A stretch of 64,000 nucleotides of DNA from Eledone cirrhosa (taxonomy: Eukaryota), in assembly GCA_964016885.1 (NCBI GenBank), contig OZ024762.1, forward strand, positions 18,290,001 to 18,354,000, in the 5' to 3' direction. The first letter of the stretch is position 1. Each line of letters opens with the position of its first letter. Of the stretch, positions 27,243 to 40,684 are shown in pieces. A program made the position numbers and the translations under genes. The notes beneath the pieces are model-generated. The model did no database searches, was not told where the DNA came from, and saw only the letters and a list, made by a program, of their open reading frames with translations.

Positions 27243-28877
27243 CACCTGTCTTATACATCTGTCTCTTCTCTCCGCCTGTCTCTCTTTCTAGCTAGTTATC
27301 CTTCTGTTTACTTAATCTCTCCGTTATATAAACAATTAAATACCTATTTACATAACATAAGAACATACAATAAACGGGCAGGAGGTGTGCGTTAAATCGA
27401 TGCGCCATTTATCGATCATAACCAATCACCATACACACAAACAAACGAACGACAACAATAGATTTATAAGACGAACAAAGAAACATTGATTGATTAGAGA
27501 CTCCAGACTGATTTGATCTTATCGCGCTTTTTTTCTTTTCTTAATCAAGCACCCAAAGAAAGCAAAACGATAATAAAACACCCCACTCGACTCCCTAAAA
27601 CAACAACAACAACGACAACGAAGCTAAATTGGTAAAATTACGTGATTCCATGTCAGTTTGTCTGTAAGGTCAAGGTTGCATAGAATAAGGTGAAAAAAAT
27701 TCTTCGTCACAATATTCCATGTTAAGAGTAGAGTCAACTGGTGATGAAATTCTGCAAACTAGCATCACCACCACCACTATTAGCACTACTACTGCCACCA
27801 GTAGTCAATGAGAGAGCCTCTACATGGTTGCTCCACCAGCTAGACATAGCTACCAAATCGCCCTCAAACCACATACTCCCGCCGTCTAAACTCTCCCGTT
27901 ACCATATTTCTATTAAAAGATATTCAATGTGTTTCAAATAATTTTGAAAATAATAAAGAATGTGGAGGAATTTAGTAATGTAGCAATGTTTTCATTATTA
28001 AGATGAACTTTGGAACATAACTTAATAAAGGTTCTTACATTAAATTATAATGGGAGGTTTTCAAATAAATATAAATATGTTAATTCTTCCGTTACCATAT
28101 TTCTAATAAAAGACATTGCCTAAGTGTTTTAAATAATTTTTAGGGAGGGATTTAGTAATACAATTAACTTTGTAAATCCCTTCTGACCCCATCTCTTGTA
28201 ATGACCGCAATGTTTTCAGCCCATGTAGAAAATACAGACGTCCTTATTAAGATGGGTTTTAGAACATAAACACTTTAAAATAAGTAGCTTAATTTCTTGA
28301 CTAGGGCCAGCTTCAGGTGGTTTGGTATTGAAAGGGTTTAACCCTTTTGTGACTATTTCTAATGAAATACACTTTATTCTAATTTATTAATGAAGAATTT
28401 TGAGGGATTTTCTAAAATTATTAATTATTTCATTACTGCAATAGTAACTTAATGTAAGGTTCTTATATAAAATTTTGTTGGAAAATTTTAACTTAAATTG
28501 AAAACCTTTAAAATGGGTGGTTTTATTTCATAGAACCAGAGCTGGTTTTGAACGGGTTGGTAACTAAAGGGTTAATGTAAGGTTCTTATATAAAATTATG
28601 GTGGAAGATTTTAATTTAAATCGGAAAATGGGTGGTTTTATTTCATAGAACCAGAGCCAGTTTTGGCCAGGGTGGTAACTAAAGAGTTAATAAATAAGTG
28701 AGGAGAGAGAGAACAACTGTTCTTCGCGACTTACTAGAAGTAGCAGCCAAATCCCCCTCAAACCATACTCTGCTCCCGCTGCCTATATTTCACTGTCACT
28801 TGCTGATCAAACAACTGTAACATAACCAGTGGTAACTGTGAGTCTCAGTAACCACAGAATGTATTCTTAGTAACAAT

Positions 28878-29209
28878 GGAGGCACATGGCTTAGTGGTTA
28901 GAGCATTGGCCTTGCAGCCGAAAGGTTGCGAGTTCAATTCTCAGACCGGGTGATGCGTTGTTTCCTTGAGCAAGACACTTTATTTCACATTGCTCCAGTT
29001 TACTCAACTGTAGAAATGAGATGATAGGACTGGAGTCCCTATCATTCCACTGTAAAGTGGACGTGTAGGGGCCACGGAATAAAAAAGCACCCAGCACTCA
29101 CTGTAAATGAGGTTGGTGTTAGGAAGGGCATCCAGCTGTAGAAATCAAGCCAGAATCAGTTCCCGTCCCACCCTTGCAAGCAGGGAGAAAGCGGACGTAA
29201 AATGATGAT
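28878..29209 (+). mobile_element. SINE-A, full length, flanked by direct repeats of about 52 bp
   Basis: Same family as 3844-4189; ataaccagtggtaactg...attcttagtaac occurs on both sides. Confidence 0.88.
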
Positions 29210-29626
29210 AACCAGTGGTAACTGAGTCTCAGAATAACCAGAGAATGTATTCTTAGTAACATAACCAGTGGTAACTGTGAGTCTCAGAGTAACCACAGAG
29301 TGTGTTCTTTGTAATATAATCATCATCATCATCATCATCATCATCAAAGCATGGGTTGGATGGGATGTTCTGAGACAATATTTTACAGCCCGATGCCAAC
29401 CCTTTTAGTCCCCTTTTATGACACAGGGATACTGTGTACCTCATCATCATCATCATCATCCCTTTTTTATGTCAATTTTTCCATGCTGGCATGAGTTTGG
29501 ACAGGATGGTCTGAGACAATGTTTTACAGCCAGATGTCCTTCCTGAAGCCAACCCTGCTACTTGCCTCTTACAACATACATGGGTAAGGTATACCTATTC
29601 TAAAAACCAGGATACATTCAGTATAG

Positions 29627-29925
29627 CAGAGGTCCCCAACCACCAGGCATCAGACCAGTACCAGTCTGTGGATCATTTTCTACCGAGCCACAAAGAAATA
29701 ATTAACTTGTTTAAAATTATATAATAGATAAATTGAATATTGGACTTTAATTTTTAAATATTTGTGTAAATATTCAATATTCATCTACTTTAATAAATTG
29801 CTCTATTTATTATTGTTCTCTTTATCGAAATACACTTAAATAACAGATATGTGCAGCAGACAGTCCAGAGAAATGTTATCCAACATGAAGCTGGTCTGTG
29901 GTATAAAAAAGGTTGGTGACCACTG
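29627..29925. mobile_element. hAT (Charlie-like) MITE
   Basis: TIRs CAGAGGTCCCCAACC / GGTTGGTGACCACTG with a perfect 8-bp TSD cagtatag. Confidence 0.85.
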
Positions 29926-30269
29926 CAGTATAGGATGGTTTGAGACAATGTCTTTACAGCTAGATGCTCTTCCTGTTACTTGCTTTCTTATGACATTCAG
30001 GGATATGATGCACCTTTTCTAAAAAGTGAGATATGTTTGCAGGGAATGTCCAGCATTTTGGAAAGTGTGTACGACGAGCTGATAAATTCCGACCTCACAC
30101 ACTTGCACCTCTCCAAGACAATGTCACTGGACCGAGACCTTTGGCGGTACTCAGTAATAGAGAAGACCCGCCTTACCTAAATACAAAGTAAAACCTACTA
30201 CAGTCAGTAGGCATCTCTAACAAAATACACCCCCGTCCCACCACCCCCACCCCATCCACACCGCCCCTT

Positions 30270-30685
30270 TCAATGTAAAGTTATGTTAGTGCCACAACAT
30301 CCAGGCCGAAACAAATGAGATCGTGTAGGTGTCACGACAAAAAAACACACAGTCCACGCTGTAATGTGGCCGTGTAGGCAACACGGTAAAAACCTGCCAG
30401 CCCCACACTGTAAATGTGGTTGGTGTTAGGAAGGGCATCCAGCTGTAGAAAACCCGCCAGACAGTCCACGCTGTAATGTGCCCGTGTAGGCAACACGGTA
30501 AAAACCTCCCAGCCCCACACTGTAAATGTGGTTGGTGTTAGGAAGGGCATCCAGCTGTAGAAATCCCGCCAGACAGTCCTATGCGAGCAAGACAATCACT
30601 CTTGCCTCAAGTGGGAAAACCCCCGTCCAAACCCTTGCAAGCGTGGAACACGGACGTTAAACGATGATGATGATGATGATGATGT
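30270..30685 (+). mobile_element. SINE-C-type element with a duplicated 112-bp internal unit and (GAT)n tail
   Basis: Shares ggtgttaggaagggcatccagctgtagaaa with SINE-A; 3' end ...gcgtggaacacggacgttaaacgatgatg. Confidence 0.8.
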
Positions 30686-32742
30686 TACGTCATCATCATT
30701 ATCATCTTCGTCATTGTTTTAATGTCCGGCCTAGTGGTAAGGTTTGATTCCTGGACTGGGTTGCAAGTTGAGTTCTTGAGTAAAACACTTCATTTCACGT
30801 TGCTCCTTTATACTCAGCTTAAAAGGAGTACCAGCAATAGCTGGGGGGGGGGGGGGGGGGGGTTAACCCTGCGATGGACTGATGTCTTGTCCAGGAGGAA
30901 GTCTTGTACTCTCAGTCACTTCACACCACAGAACTTGATATAAGCACTGGCCTGGTGAGTCTTCAGGCTCAAGACAGGCTTTAACTTCCCTGCTAGCAAG
31001 GGTTGGACTATGTGAGAGAGAAAGTTATTTTAAAGCTTTTTGTTTGGCCAACAATGTCAACCTCATTAGAGGTGGCTCCTTGATGGAGGACTACAGAATG
31101 GAAGTCATTGAATGTTACAATCATCACACATGACATCAACATCATCATCATTGCCATCACCATCACACATTATCATCATCACCATCACCCATCATCATCA
31201 TCATCGCACATCATCACCATCACACACATCACATGATCATGATCATGATCATCATCACATCATCACCATCATCACATCATCACATCATTACCACCATCAT
31301 CATTACCACTATCATCACACATCACCATCATCGCACATCATCATCACATCACCATCATTATCATTGCTATCATCATCATTACAGTATGAGCTGGGTGTTC
31401 TTTGTTGTGGCCCCAACATAACCACCTTACAAGGTGAAATGCGTGCTTTTTGTTGTGTGACCAGCATAACCACTGTACTGGGTGGGTACAAGAGAAATGA
31501 GGGTGATGATGGAAAAAAAAAGAGTAGTGCTGGAATATTAACCTCTGTGAAGCAGGTAAATTAATTAATAAGCAAAAGGTGTTGATGTTCCTGTTGTAGA
31601 TTAACACTAGAGCTGTTTATTAGATATCTTAAGCTTTCATTTGACTAATTAAATGTTAACAAGACTGATATAGTTTTAATGACTTTTGATGATTCTAAAC
31701 TTTGTGTTCATGGTGAGATCCATGCAAACATGAAATTTTGAGAAATCACAGCTCTGATACTACGGACATGTGGTTGGAATGTCTCAGGAAAGAATCTCTG
31801 GACAGATTTTACGGACAAAAACAAATGGTAGAAGACCCAGGGATAGACCCTGAGAAAGATGGTTGGATAACATCCATAAGCTTGGCTGGCCACGCTTGGG
31901 GATCCAGCCGGATCAGTTGGAGACAGCTGCTTCTGACAAGACCCACTGGAAACAATGTTTGAGGGCTCTGCCCCCCACTACCCTCTCAGGAATAAGTTTA
32001 AGAAGAAAAAGACAAGATTCCAAACCTGGTTCGCTTACCAAGTGGGGTGGAACTTGTCAGATGGGATCAAGGAAACAATGTTTCCATTGGTCTTTCAATT
32101 GCTAATACTATCTAATGACAGCAACTCCTGGCAGAAGGAGCAACTTGAAATAAAACATCTTGTTCAAGGACATAATGCATCGCCCAGCCCAGGAATCGAA
32201 ATTGCAAACTCAAGATTGAGAATCCAATTCTCTAACAACTAAGCCATGCGTCTTCATATGAAATATCAGGATGTCAATCAGGGGTCTCAAACTGAAGGAC
32301 ACAAAAGGGCCATTACGTGCTAAGAGAGAGGCACAGAGGGTCAGAAGTGAGATGGGAAGGCATGATTTTACCAGTTACAATTGTAATCTGCAATGCAGCT
32401 CATAGGCTGCTATTTATGGTCTTTTTTTCATCAAAATGAATAAACATGATATGCAAGTTAGTAAAAAATGTAGGGAACAAATTTTCCGTTTCCAATTTTC
32501 CTTTGTTCTACCGTGGGCCTTAGAAAAATAGTTTTGCAGGTCAAGTGTTTGAAATCCCTGATGTCGACATTGCTTACGTATTTGTTTCATACACCCTATT
32601 ACTTTCAAGTGATTGGTCATGACATTATAAAGATTGATAAACATATTTTCTTTCTTATACAATACCATGGATCAATAACTCATGATAGAGTCATGGGGGG
32701 GGGGGGGGGCACCATAGTGACATACAGAGTGTCTTAGGAATT

Positions 32743-32965
32743 TTAACCTTTTAGCATTTAAATTGGCCAGATTCGCCAAACTTCTTTCGCCTCTTTCTGT
32801 TCAAACTGGCTGCTCATACTGATGTTAAGGTATTGTTCTCAAAATAAATAATATCAAAATCTCATAGATTCGATATTATGTGAGATAATTATGTCTGGTA
32901 AAGCCTGTACCGTGAAAATATAATAGTATAGTATATATAAAGTAATGTAAATGTTAAAGAGTTAA
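32743..32965. mobile_element. TTAA-flanked MITE (piggyBac/Kolobok-like); related copies at about 1150-1570
   Basis: TTAA-CCTTTTAGCATTTA ... TAAATGTTAAAGAG-TTAA. Confidence 0.65.
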
Positions 32966-34334
32966 ACCTGGTGGAGCCCTATCTCCTCTCCACATCTGAA
33001 CAGAGGAAGGAAGGAGAGAGAGAGAGAGAGAGTTATAGAGGAAGTAGGTATTCACATCCCACACTGAACATGGATACAGTCTTCACAGAGTTAGAAAAAA
33101 GCTCAGTATTTCTTTAAACTTGAACATCGCAGATATTGAAAAATTGAGTCAGAGGATGAAACAAAAGAGATATTTACAATTAATATGATAAATGGGGAAA
33201 AGATGGTGAATTGGCAGAGAAGACATTAGGATATGAGATAGAATGTTTTGCAGTATTCGTTTCAGCTCTGAATTTAAATCCCGCCGAGGTCAACTTTGCC
33301 TTTCATCCATTCGAGGTCATTGAAAAAAAAGTACCAGTCAAGTACTGGGGTCAATTCTTCCTCTAGATCTCTTTCTCCCACCCATTCTCTCACTCTCAAT
33401 TCTTCTTTGGAAGAAATCTGCCGTATTCAGTCCTGGAGAGATGGGCTCCCCCAGGTTTTTAAAATGCTCTCGAAACGCTGTATGTCAACACAGAGCCTTT
33501 ATGACTCCCTCAGAAGTTACGTAACCATTCATGCATGACAAATGAGAATCTAATTACTAAACACATTACCATTTCTTTTCTGTCCCAAGTCTGGAGGCTC
33601 ATCTGGCTGGTGTTTATCTCAGTTTCTTCAGTGTTAAGCAACTGAGAATACAAGACTCACCTACCCATGGACAGGATGCTAGAGCATTGTAGGGTTAAAC
33701 CCCCAGCTATTGCTGGTACTCATTTTCAGCTGAGTATACTGAAACAATGTGAAATGAAGTGTCTTGGTCAAGAAAACAGTACACAACCTGGTCTAGGAAT
33801 CAAACTGACGACATTAAGTACAACACCCTTACCATTAGGCCACATACCTTTACTAAACATTACAGATGGGGTTAAAAAAGCCCTATTTTTCAGGATTGTA
33901 AAAATAATAATATTAGTAATGTTCTTGGACTAAAAATTTTCCAAGATCAGAGTTTGACCAAACTAAAGAATGGAGAAAACATAGTATTGAGTACTCTTAG
34001 GCCTCATGGGGTTACATTGAATGCAGATAAACGTATTTTTAGGACCCAGTCCATAGACCTTAGAGGTGCTAATCTGTCATCTTAAGAAATACAGTCATGT
34101 CAAAAATTGTTTTAAAAAATTGATTAGTGTGTGAAGGAGAGAAGACTGCGCTGGTATTGTTATGTGATGGATATGAATGATGATCGTTAGGAGAAGTACC
34201 AAGAAATCCCAGTGGAAGGAAGTTGCAGTAGAGGGAGAGAGAGAGAGACGAAGGAAGACCCAAGATGATCTCAAATTGTTGAAGCTCACAGAGGGAGGAG
34301 ATGAAGGACTAGAGGGATGCTGTGATGGAAAATA

Positions 34335-35765
34335 CTCTTCTATTCTCTCACTCTCTCTATCCTTCTCTGGAAGAAATATCTGCTGTATTCAGACCTGGAG
34401 AGGAGATGGGCTCTGCTGAGGTCAACTTTGCTTTTCATCCATTCCAGGTCGATAAAAAAGTACCAGTCAAGTACTGGGGTTGATTCTTCTTCTATATCTC
34501 TTTCTCACTTCCATTCTCTCACTCTCTATCCTTCTCTGGAAGAAATATCTGCTGTATTCGGGCATGGAGAGGAGATGGGCTCTGCTGAGGTCAACTTTGC
34601 TTTTCATCCATTCCAGGTCGATAAAAGAGTACCAGTCAAGTACTGGGGTTGATTCTTCTTCTATATCTCTTTCTCACTTCCATTCTCTCCCTCTCTATCC
34701 TTCTCTGGAAGAAATATCTGCTGTATTCGGACCTGGAGAGGAGATGGGCTCTGCTGAGGTCAACTTTGCTTTTCATCCATTCCAGGTCGATAAAAAAGTA
34801 CCAGTCAAGTACTGGGGTTGATTCTTCTTCTATATCTCTTTCTCACTTCCATTCCCTCACTCTCTATCCATCTCTGGAAGAAATATCTGCTGTATTCGGA
34901 CATGGAGAGGAGATGGACTCTGCTGAGGTCAACTTTGCTTTTCATCCATTCCAGGTCGATAAAAAAGTACCAGTCAAATACTGGGGTTGATTCTTCTTCT
35001 ATATCTTTTTCTCACTTCCATTCTCTCACTCTCTATCCTTCTCTGGAAGAAATATCTGCTGTATTCGGGCATGGAGAGGAGATGGACTCTGCTGAGGTCA
35101 ACTTTGCTTTTCATCCATTCCAGGTCGATAAAAAAGTACCAGTCAAGTACTGGGGTTGATTCTTCTTCTATATCTCTTTCTCACTTCCATTCTCTCCCTC
35201 TCTATCCTTCTCTGGAAGAAATATCTGCTGTATTCGGGCATGGAGAGGAGATGGACTCTGCTGAGGTCAACTTTGCTTTTCATCCATTCCAGGTCGATAA
35301 AAAAGTACCAGTCAAGTACTGGGGTTGATTCTTCTTCTATATCTCTTTCTCACTTCCATTCTCTCCCTCTCTATCCTTCTCTGGAAGAAATATCTGCTGT
35401 ATTCGGGCATGGAGAGGAGATGGACTCTGCTGAGGTCAACTTTGCTTTTCATCCATTCCAGGTCGATAAAAAAGTACCAGTCAAGTACTGGGGTTGATTC
35501 TTCTTCTATATCTCTTTCTCACTTCCATTCTCTCCCTCTCTATCCTTCTCTGGAAGAAATATCTGCTGTATTCGGGCATGGAGAGGAGATGGACTCTGCT
35601 GAGGTCAACTTTGCTTTTCATCCATTCCAGGTCGATAAAAAAGTACCAGTCAAGTACTGGGGTTGATTCTTCTTCTATATCTCTTTCTCACTTCCATTCT
35701 CTCCCTCTCTATCCTTCTCTGGAAGAAATATCTGCTGTATTCGGGCATGGAGAGGAGATGGGCTC
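34335..35765 (+). repeat. 169-bp tandem array (about 8.5 copies) containing a SINE-B central domain
   Basis: ORF track repeats every 169 nt (34480, 34649 ... 35663); unit holds gaggtcaactttgcttttcatccattccaggtcgataaaaaagtacc. Confidence 0.93.
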
Positions 35766-36202
35766 CAGCAGGTTTTTTTAAAAATGCCCTAGAAATGCTG
35801 TATGTCAACACAGCACTTCTCCGACTCCCTCAGAAGTTACAGAACCATTCATGCATGACAAATGGGATTCAACTTAGTAAACACATCACCACTTCTCACC
35901 TGTCCAAAGCCTGGAGGGCTCATCAGACTGAGGCATGGAAAAGCGAATGAAAATTGATGATGATGATGATTAATATTGAAGCTCCATTTTTTTTTAGGAA
36001 GGGGGGGGGGGGTAAATATAGGTAATTTACTTTGAGTTCACCAAATACTGTGGCAGGTTCATAGAGAGATATGTTGATATAGATCAACTGATGTATATAT
36101 GGAGCCATAATACCTGATGGACATTTTAAACCTGGTGGAACCCTTTCCGCTCCGTGTCTGATCATAAATAATTTCTTCTTCGAGAGAGAGAGAGAGTGGG
36201 GA

Positions 36203-36244
<42 letters not shown>

Positions 36245-36926
36245 AGAGAGAGAGAGAGAGATAAAGAGAGAGAGACACACACAAATAAAGGAAGTGAAAA
36301 AAAATATAGAGGGAGAATCGACCCCAGTATGGGACTGGTATTTTTTTTTTATCGACCTTGAAAGGTTGAAAGGTATATATGTATATATGTGCATATATAT
36401 ATATATATATGTATGTGTATGTCTATATATATGTGTATGTCTCTCTATATATATATGTGTATCTATGTCTACATATATATATATATGTGTATGTCTATAT
36501 ATATATATTTATTGATTTATTGATATTTTATCTGAGTGTCCCGAATCTTCCAGATCGTAATTTTTCGGTCGTATGGTTGATTTTAGACATGTTCTATGTG
36601 TGTCGGTATTTTAACGATAGTTATAGCTCTGATTTATCTGAATTATTGAGCCCTCTGCCGCTCATTTCGAATTTTGTTTATCGTGAACTCGTGCGCCGAT
36701 TTTTCGATACTCGATTATTCTACTATATATATATATGTGTGTATGTCTATATATATATATATATGTGTGTATGTCTATATAGATATGTGTATGTCTATAT
36801 ATATATATATATATGTGTATGTCTATATCATCATCATTCATCATTTGATGTTCCATCATTCATCATTTCCTGTTCCGTGTCTGATCATAAATAATTTCTT
36901 GTGTATGTCTTGTGTATATATGTGTA

Positions 36927-36969
<43 letters not shown>

Positions 36970-36973
36970 ATAT

Positions 36974-37314
36974 ATCATCATCACTTCATCATTTTACGTC
37001 CACTTTTCCCTGCTTGCAAGAGTGGGACGAAAACTGATTCTGGCTTGATTTCTACAGCTGGATGCCCTTCCTAACACCAACCTCATTTACAGTGAGTGCT
37101 GGGTGCTTTTTTGCTGTGGCTCCTTCACGACCACTTTGCAGTGGAATGATAGGGACCCCAGTCCCTATCATCTCATTTCTACAGCTGAGTAAACTGGAGC
37201 AATGTGAAATAAAGTGTCTTGCTCAAGGAAACAACACATCACCCGGTCTGAGAATTGAACTCACAACCTTTCGGCTGCAAGGCCAATGCTCTAACCACTA
37301 AGCCATGTGCCTCC
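36974..37314 (-). mobile_element. SINE-A, full length
   Basis: Same family as 3844-4189. Confidence 0.9.
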
Positions 37315-37583
37315 ATCATATATATATATATGTGTGTGTATCATCATCAACGTTTAACGTCCGTGTTCCACGCTTGCATGGGTTTGGACGGGGGTTTTCC
37401 CACTTGGGCAAGAGTGATTGTCTTGCTCGCATAGGACTGTCTGGCTATGTGTATATATATGTATGTGTGTGTATATATATATATATATGTATATCTGTAA
37501 AAGGTAAACAGAAATAACAACACAATCGGTACAGTATATGGAAGGTATATATTAGGTTAATGCTTGAAATAGCAGGAAGAGGG

Positions 37584-37619
37584 TCTTAACGTTTCGGACG
37601 CAAGTCCTTCATCAGAAGA
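37584..37619 (-). ncRNA. Minimal (dimer-type) hammerhead ribozyme of the Penelope-associated kind
   Basis: TCTT CTGATGA A GGAC-TTGC-GTCC GAAA CGTT AAGA; palindromic AACGTT replaces stem III. Confidence 0.8.
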
Positions 37620-37859
37620 AAGAATGAGAAATAAAATAGATTAAGGGGACGGGCGGGATGGAATTGGAAAAAATGTCTTTAGATAAAAATAATAGGTCCC
37701 TTCATGTTGACATCTCTTGCATCACGGTTTAACATTTTTCTATGCTAGCATGGATTAGACAAGTCAGATCCCACTACATCTTTTGGGCACCTGTAGTTTG
37801 CATTTGGGACAGAGGGTGGAATTTCTACCAACACCTTTCCTACACACTGAGCAAGGCCA

Positions 37860-39490
37860 TTTCACCAAGGGGACCAGGGCTCTGTTTTCCCTTCTACTTT
37901 TAAAGACCTTAGTCTATGTCAGGTTTACTTTAAGACTCTGTTTCTAGGCCATGCTACCAGGTTTGGAATTTCTCTAATTCTACCACAGACTCAGCTATGA
38001 GTGTAAGTTCATCTGCGTACAGGAGTTCCCATGGGCAGCCGGTCTGAAACTTGTCTGTTATAGCCTGCAGTACGATAACAGGAGAGGTCTAAGAACAGAA
38101 CTCTGGGGATACCAACCTGCATGCCACATTCCTCGCTAGTTGTTGTTAATCCTAATTTTGTTGACTACTCCCCTATACACGACTTGTACAGCCTTCACAA
38201 GCCACTCATCTACTAGTTTTCTGAGAGCCCACCAGATTATGGCACAGGGGACTGTCAAAAGCTTTCTCCAGATCAACAAAAGCCAGATAGAGCAGCTTTC
38301 TTTTAGCTAGGTACTTCTCCTGTAGCTGCTTCACCAAGAAGAGAGCATCTGTGGCACTAATCTGAACTATATCTCATCTAGATTTACTCAGTCCCTAATC
38401 AGCTGTGCTATAACTCTTTCTGTTACTTTCATGACCTGGTCCACCAACTTGATACCTCTATAGTTTCCTCTATCTAGTACATTTCCTTTACCCTTATAGC
38501 AGTTGACTATGATGCTGTTGTGTCAATCATTCGGTATGACACCATTTAGTATTATATGTTTCCATGCCTGTCTCTTGGCCTTAATTGTCTCCTCCACTTA
38601 ACTGTTACACCACTAAGTCACTCTCCTTCACTCTGTAGCCCTGCTCCATCCACAGATCTCATCTATCATCTTCAATAGATTATCTTTCAGGACACTGTAA
38701 ATGTGGTTGGTGTTAGGAAGGGCATCCAACTGTAGAAAACCCGCCAGACAGTCCTATGCGAGCAAGACAACCACTCTTGCCTCAAGTGGGAAAACTCCCG
38801 TCCAAACCCATGCAAGCGTGGAACACGGACGCTAAACCTGATGATGATGAACTCCCAATGCTCTTCTATATTGAATGTCTATCTATTCTTCTTTACTGTA
38901 GTAGTCATCGAGCAAAAGATCTCTAAATTTGTTACGGAAGGCTCTTTCAACTTCCATATCCTTCTCCTCCAGGCTGCCCTCTGTTTCCAAGTTCGTATAG
39001 CTCTGACAATGAGGTTGCTAACTACTAGCTTATGTTGAGAGGTGCATTCCTCACCAGGGAAGGATTTCGTGTTTACCACCATCACTATCTCGCCTCCTAG
39101 TAAAGATAAGATCTATAGGTGATCAGGTGGTTGTCAGGTTTTTTAAAGTTTGTGTTACATATTGATAGGTCACTGGCGTTGCAGAATTCTAGGAGCCTGA
39201 AATCTTCATTTCTCGTGCCAAACCCATAGCCTCTATGGACTTTGTAGAAGCCAAAACAGTGTTTTCCAACATGTCCATTAAAGTCCCGCTCCCTGATTAG
39301 GAAGTTAGTCATTCATTAGTGTAGAAGTGTGCATTAAGGATGTATAAAACCTATCTTTGCATTGGTCTTACAACCCAGATTGGGTGTGCCTGCAGATATA
39401 ATTGTAGCCATTGTTCTATTTAGGACTAGTCTGAATTTAATGATTCTTGCATTCACTTTATTTAGAGAGATCACCTTATCTACCCATGAT
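37860..39490 (-). mobile_element. Decayed RTE-clade LINE (APE endonuclease plus RT), interrupted by a SINE 3' piece at about 38690-38850
   Basis: DFNGHVG...GYGFGTRNE...LLEFC...NTNFKK..HLITY; QHKLVV; YKGKGNVLDRGNYRGIKL; AFVDLEKAFD; LLYADE; multiple stops and frameshifts. Confidence 0.9.
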
Positions 39491-39662
39491 ACATATACCT
39501 ATGTATGGACACATAACTCATGATGGAGTCATATGGGTGCCATTGTGACATGGGCACATATATATATATGTAGATCCCAAGCAAAATCGAAGGTTACCAC
39601 AGTTAAAAAAGTACTCAATACATTAGTAGAGTATAAACATGATCATTTAGTATAGAAATGGC

Positions 39663-39707
39663 TTCTACAGGACTAGAACTGTTTCATTCGTATGAAATCA
39701 TCAGGAA
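39663..39707 (-). ncRNA. Type I hammerhead ribozyme (family C), left arm of palindrome 39643-39768
   Basis: TTC CTGATGA TTTC-ATAC-GAAT GAAA CAG-TTCTAGTC-CTG TA GAA. Confidence 0.72.
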
Positions 39708-39780
39708 TGTTGATTTCATACGAATGAAACAGTTCTAGTCCTGTAGAAACCATTTCTATATTAAATGAGAGAGAGAGAGA

Positions 39781-39899
39781 TAAAATCCCGACCGCGGGGC
39801 CAAGCGGTTTCGGCTTGTGTGTTCAACACACGGTCACCCTCGTATAGGCTTGCAGGAACACACAAGCCGAAACCGCTTGGCCCCGCGGTCGGGATTTTA
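39781..39899. repeat. Inverted repeat (perfect 44-bp arms) of hammerhead 3' halves (family D)
   Basis: Arm reads CAAGCC GAAA CCGC-TTGGCCCC-GCGG TC GGGA; 31-nt spacer. Confidence 0.85.
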
Positions 39900-40050
39900 C
39901 ATATCTCTATACCCACTCTACATCTCCCCATGTATTGAGTACTCCCATGATTAGTGGACTCCTCTGTCTCAGTACCGCAGACTATCTCTCTCTTTCTCTC
40001 TCTCGAGAGAGGGAGGGAGATATGTGTTTATATAGTTTTAATATAGATGA

Positions 40051-40099
40051 GATTCTACAGGACTAGAACTATTTCATTCTTTAGAAATCATCAGGAATC
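40051..40099 (-). ncRNA. Type I hammerhead ribozyme (family C), left arm of palindrome 40034-40160
   Basis: GATTC CTGATGA TTTC-TAAA-GAAT GAAA TAG-TTCTAGTC-CTG TA GAATC; the mirror copy on + starts at CTGATGA 40100 with GAAA changed to TAAA. Confidence 0.78.
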
Positions 40100-40227
40100 C
40101 TGATGATTTCTAAAGAATTAAACAGTTCTAGTCCTGTAGAATCTCATCTATATTAAAACTTTTATACTCTGCAATTTATTGAGTACCTTACTTACTGTGG
40201 TTACCTCCGACTCAACCCGGAATAACG

Positions 40228-40259
<32 letters not shown>

Positions 40260-40274
40260 CACACACATGTATGT

Positions 40275-40321
<47 letters not shown>

Positions 40322-40556
40322 GACACACACACATATATATATGTATGTGTTTATATATATATCTTTCACAAGATTGAGCACTTTTTCCTAACCACGACTA
40401 TTTTTGCCGCACACACACACAAATATATATATATAAACACATACATATATGTGTGTGTATATATATATATATATATATAACGAAGGAAATGTGGTAAGGA
40501 ACCAGGTGGACCATAACGCACCAAAGTACTCAATACTTGGGCTAGTAGAGTGGGTA

Positions 40557-40684
40557 ATAGGAACAAGTAAGACCCCGACGGCTGAGCTCAAGCCGTTTCG
40601 ACGGCTAATTCTGTACTGAATTCAGTACAGAATTAGCCGTCGAAACGGCTTGAGCTCAGCCGTCGGGGTCTTACTTGTTCCTAT
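40557..40684. repeat. Perfect 128-bp palindrome of hammerhead 3' halves (family B)
   Basis: 64-bp arms, zero spacer, apex GAA|TTC at 40620/1. Confidence 0.92.

Noticed and set aside
27246-27260. Resemblance to the Tn5 mosaic end/Nextera adapter (ctgtcttatacatct)
   Set aside because: Lacks two dinucleotides of the 19-mer; likely chance
34480-35950. Series of near-identical 113-aa ORFs
   Set aside because: Product of the 169-bp SINE-derived tandem repeat
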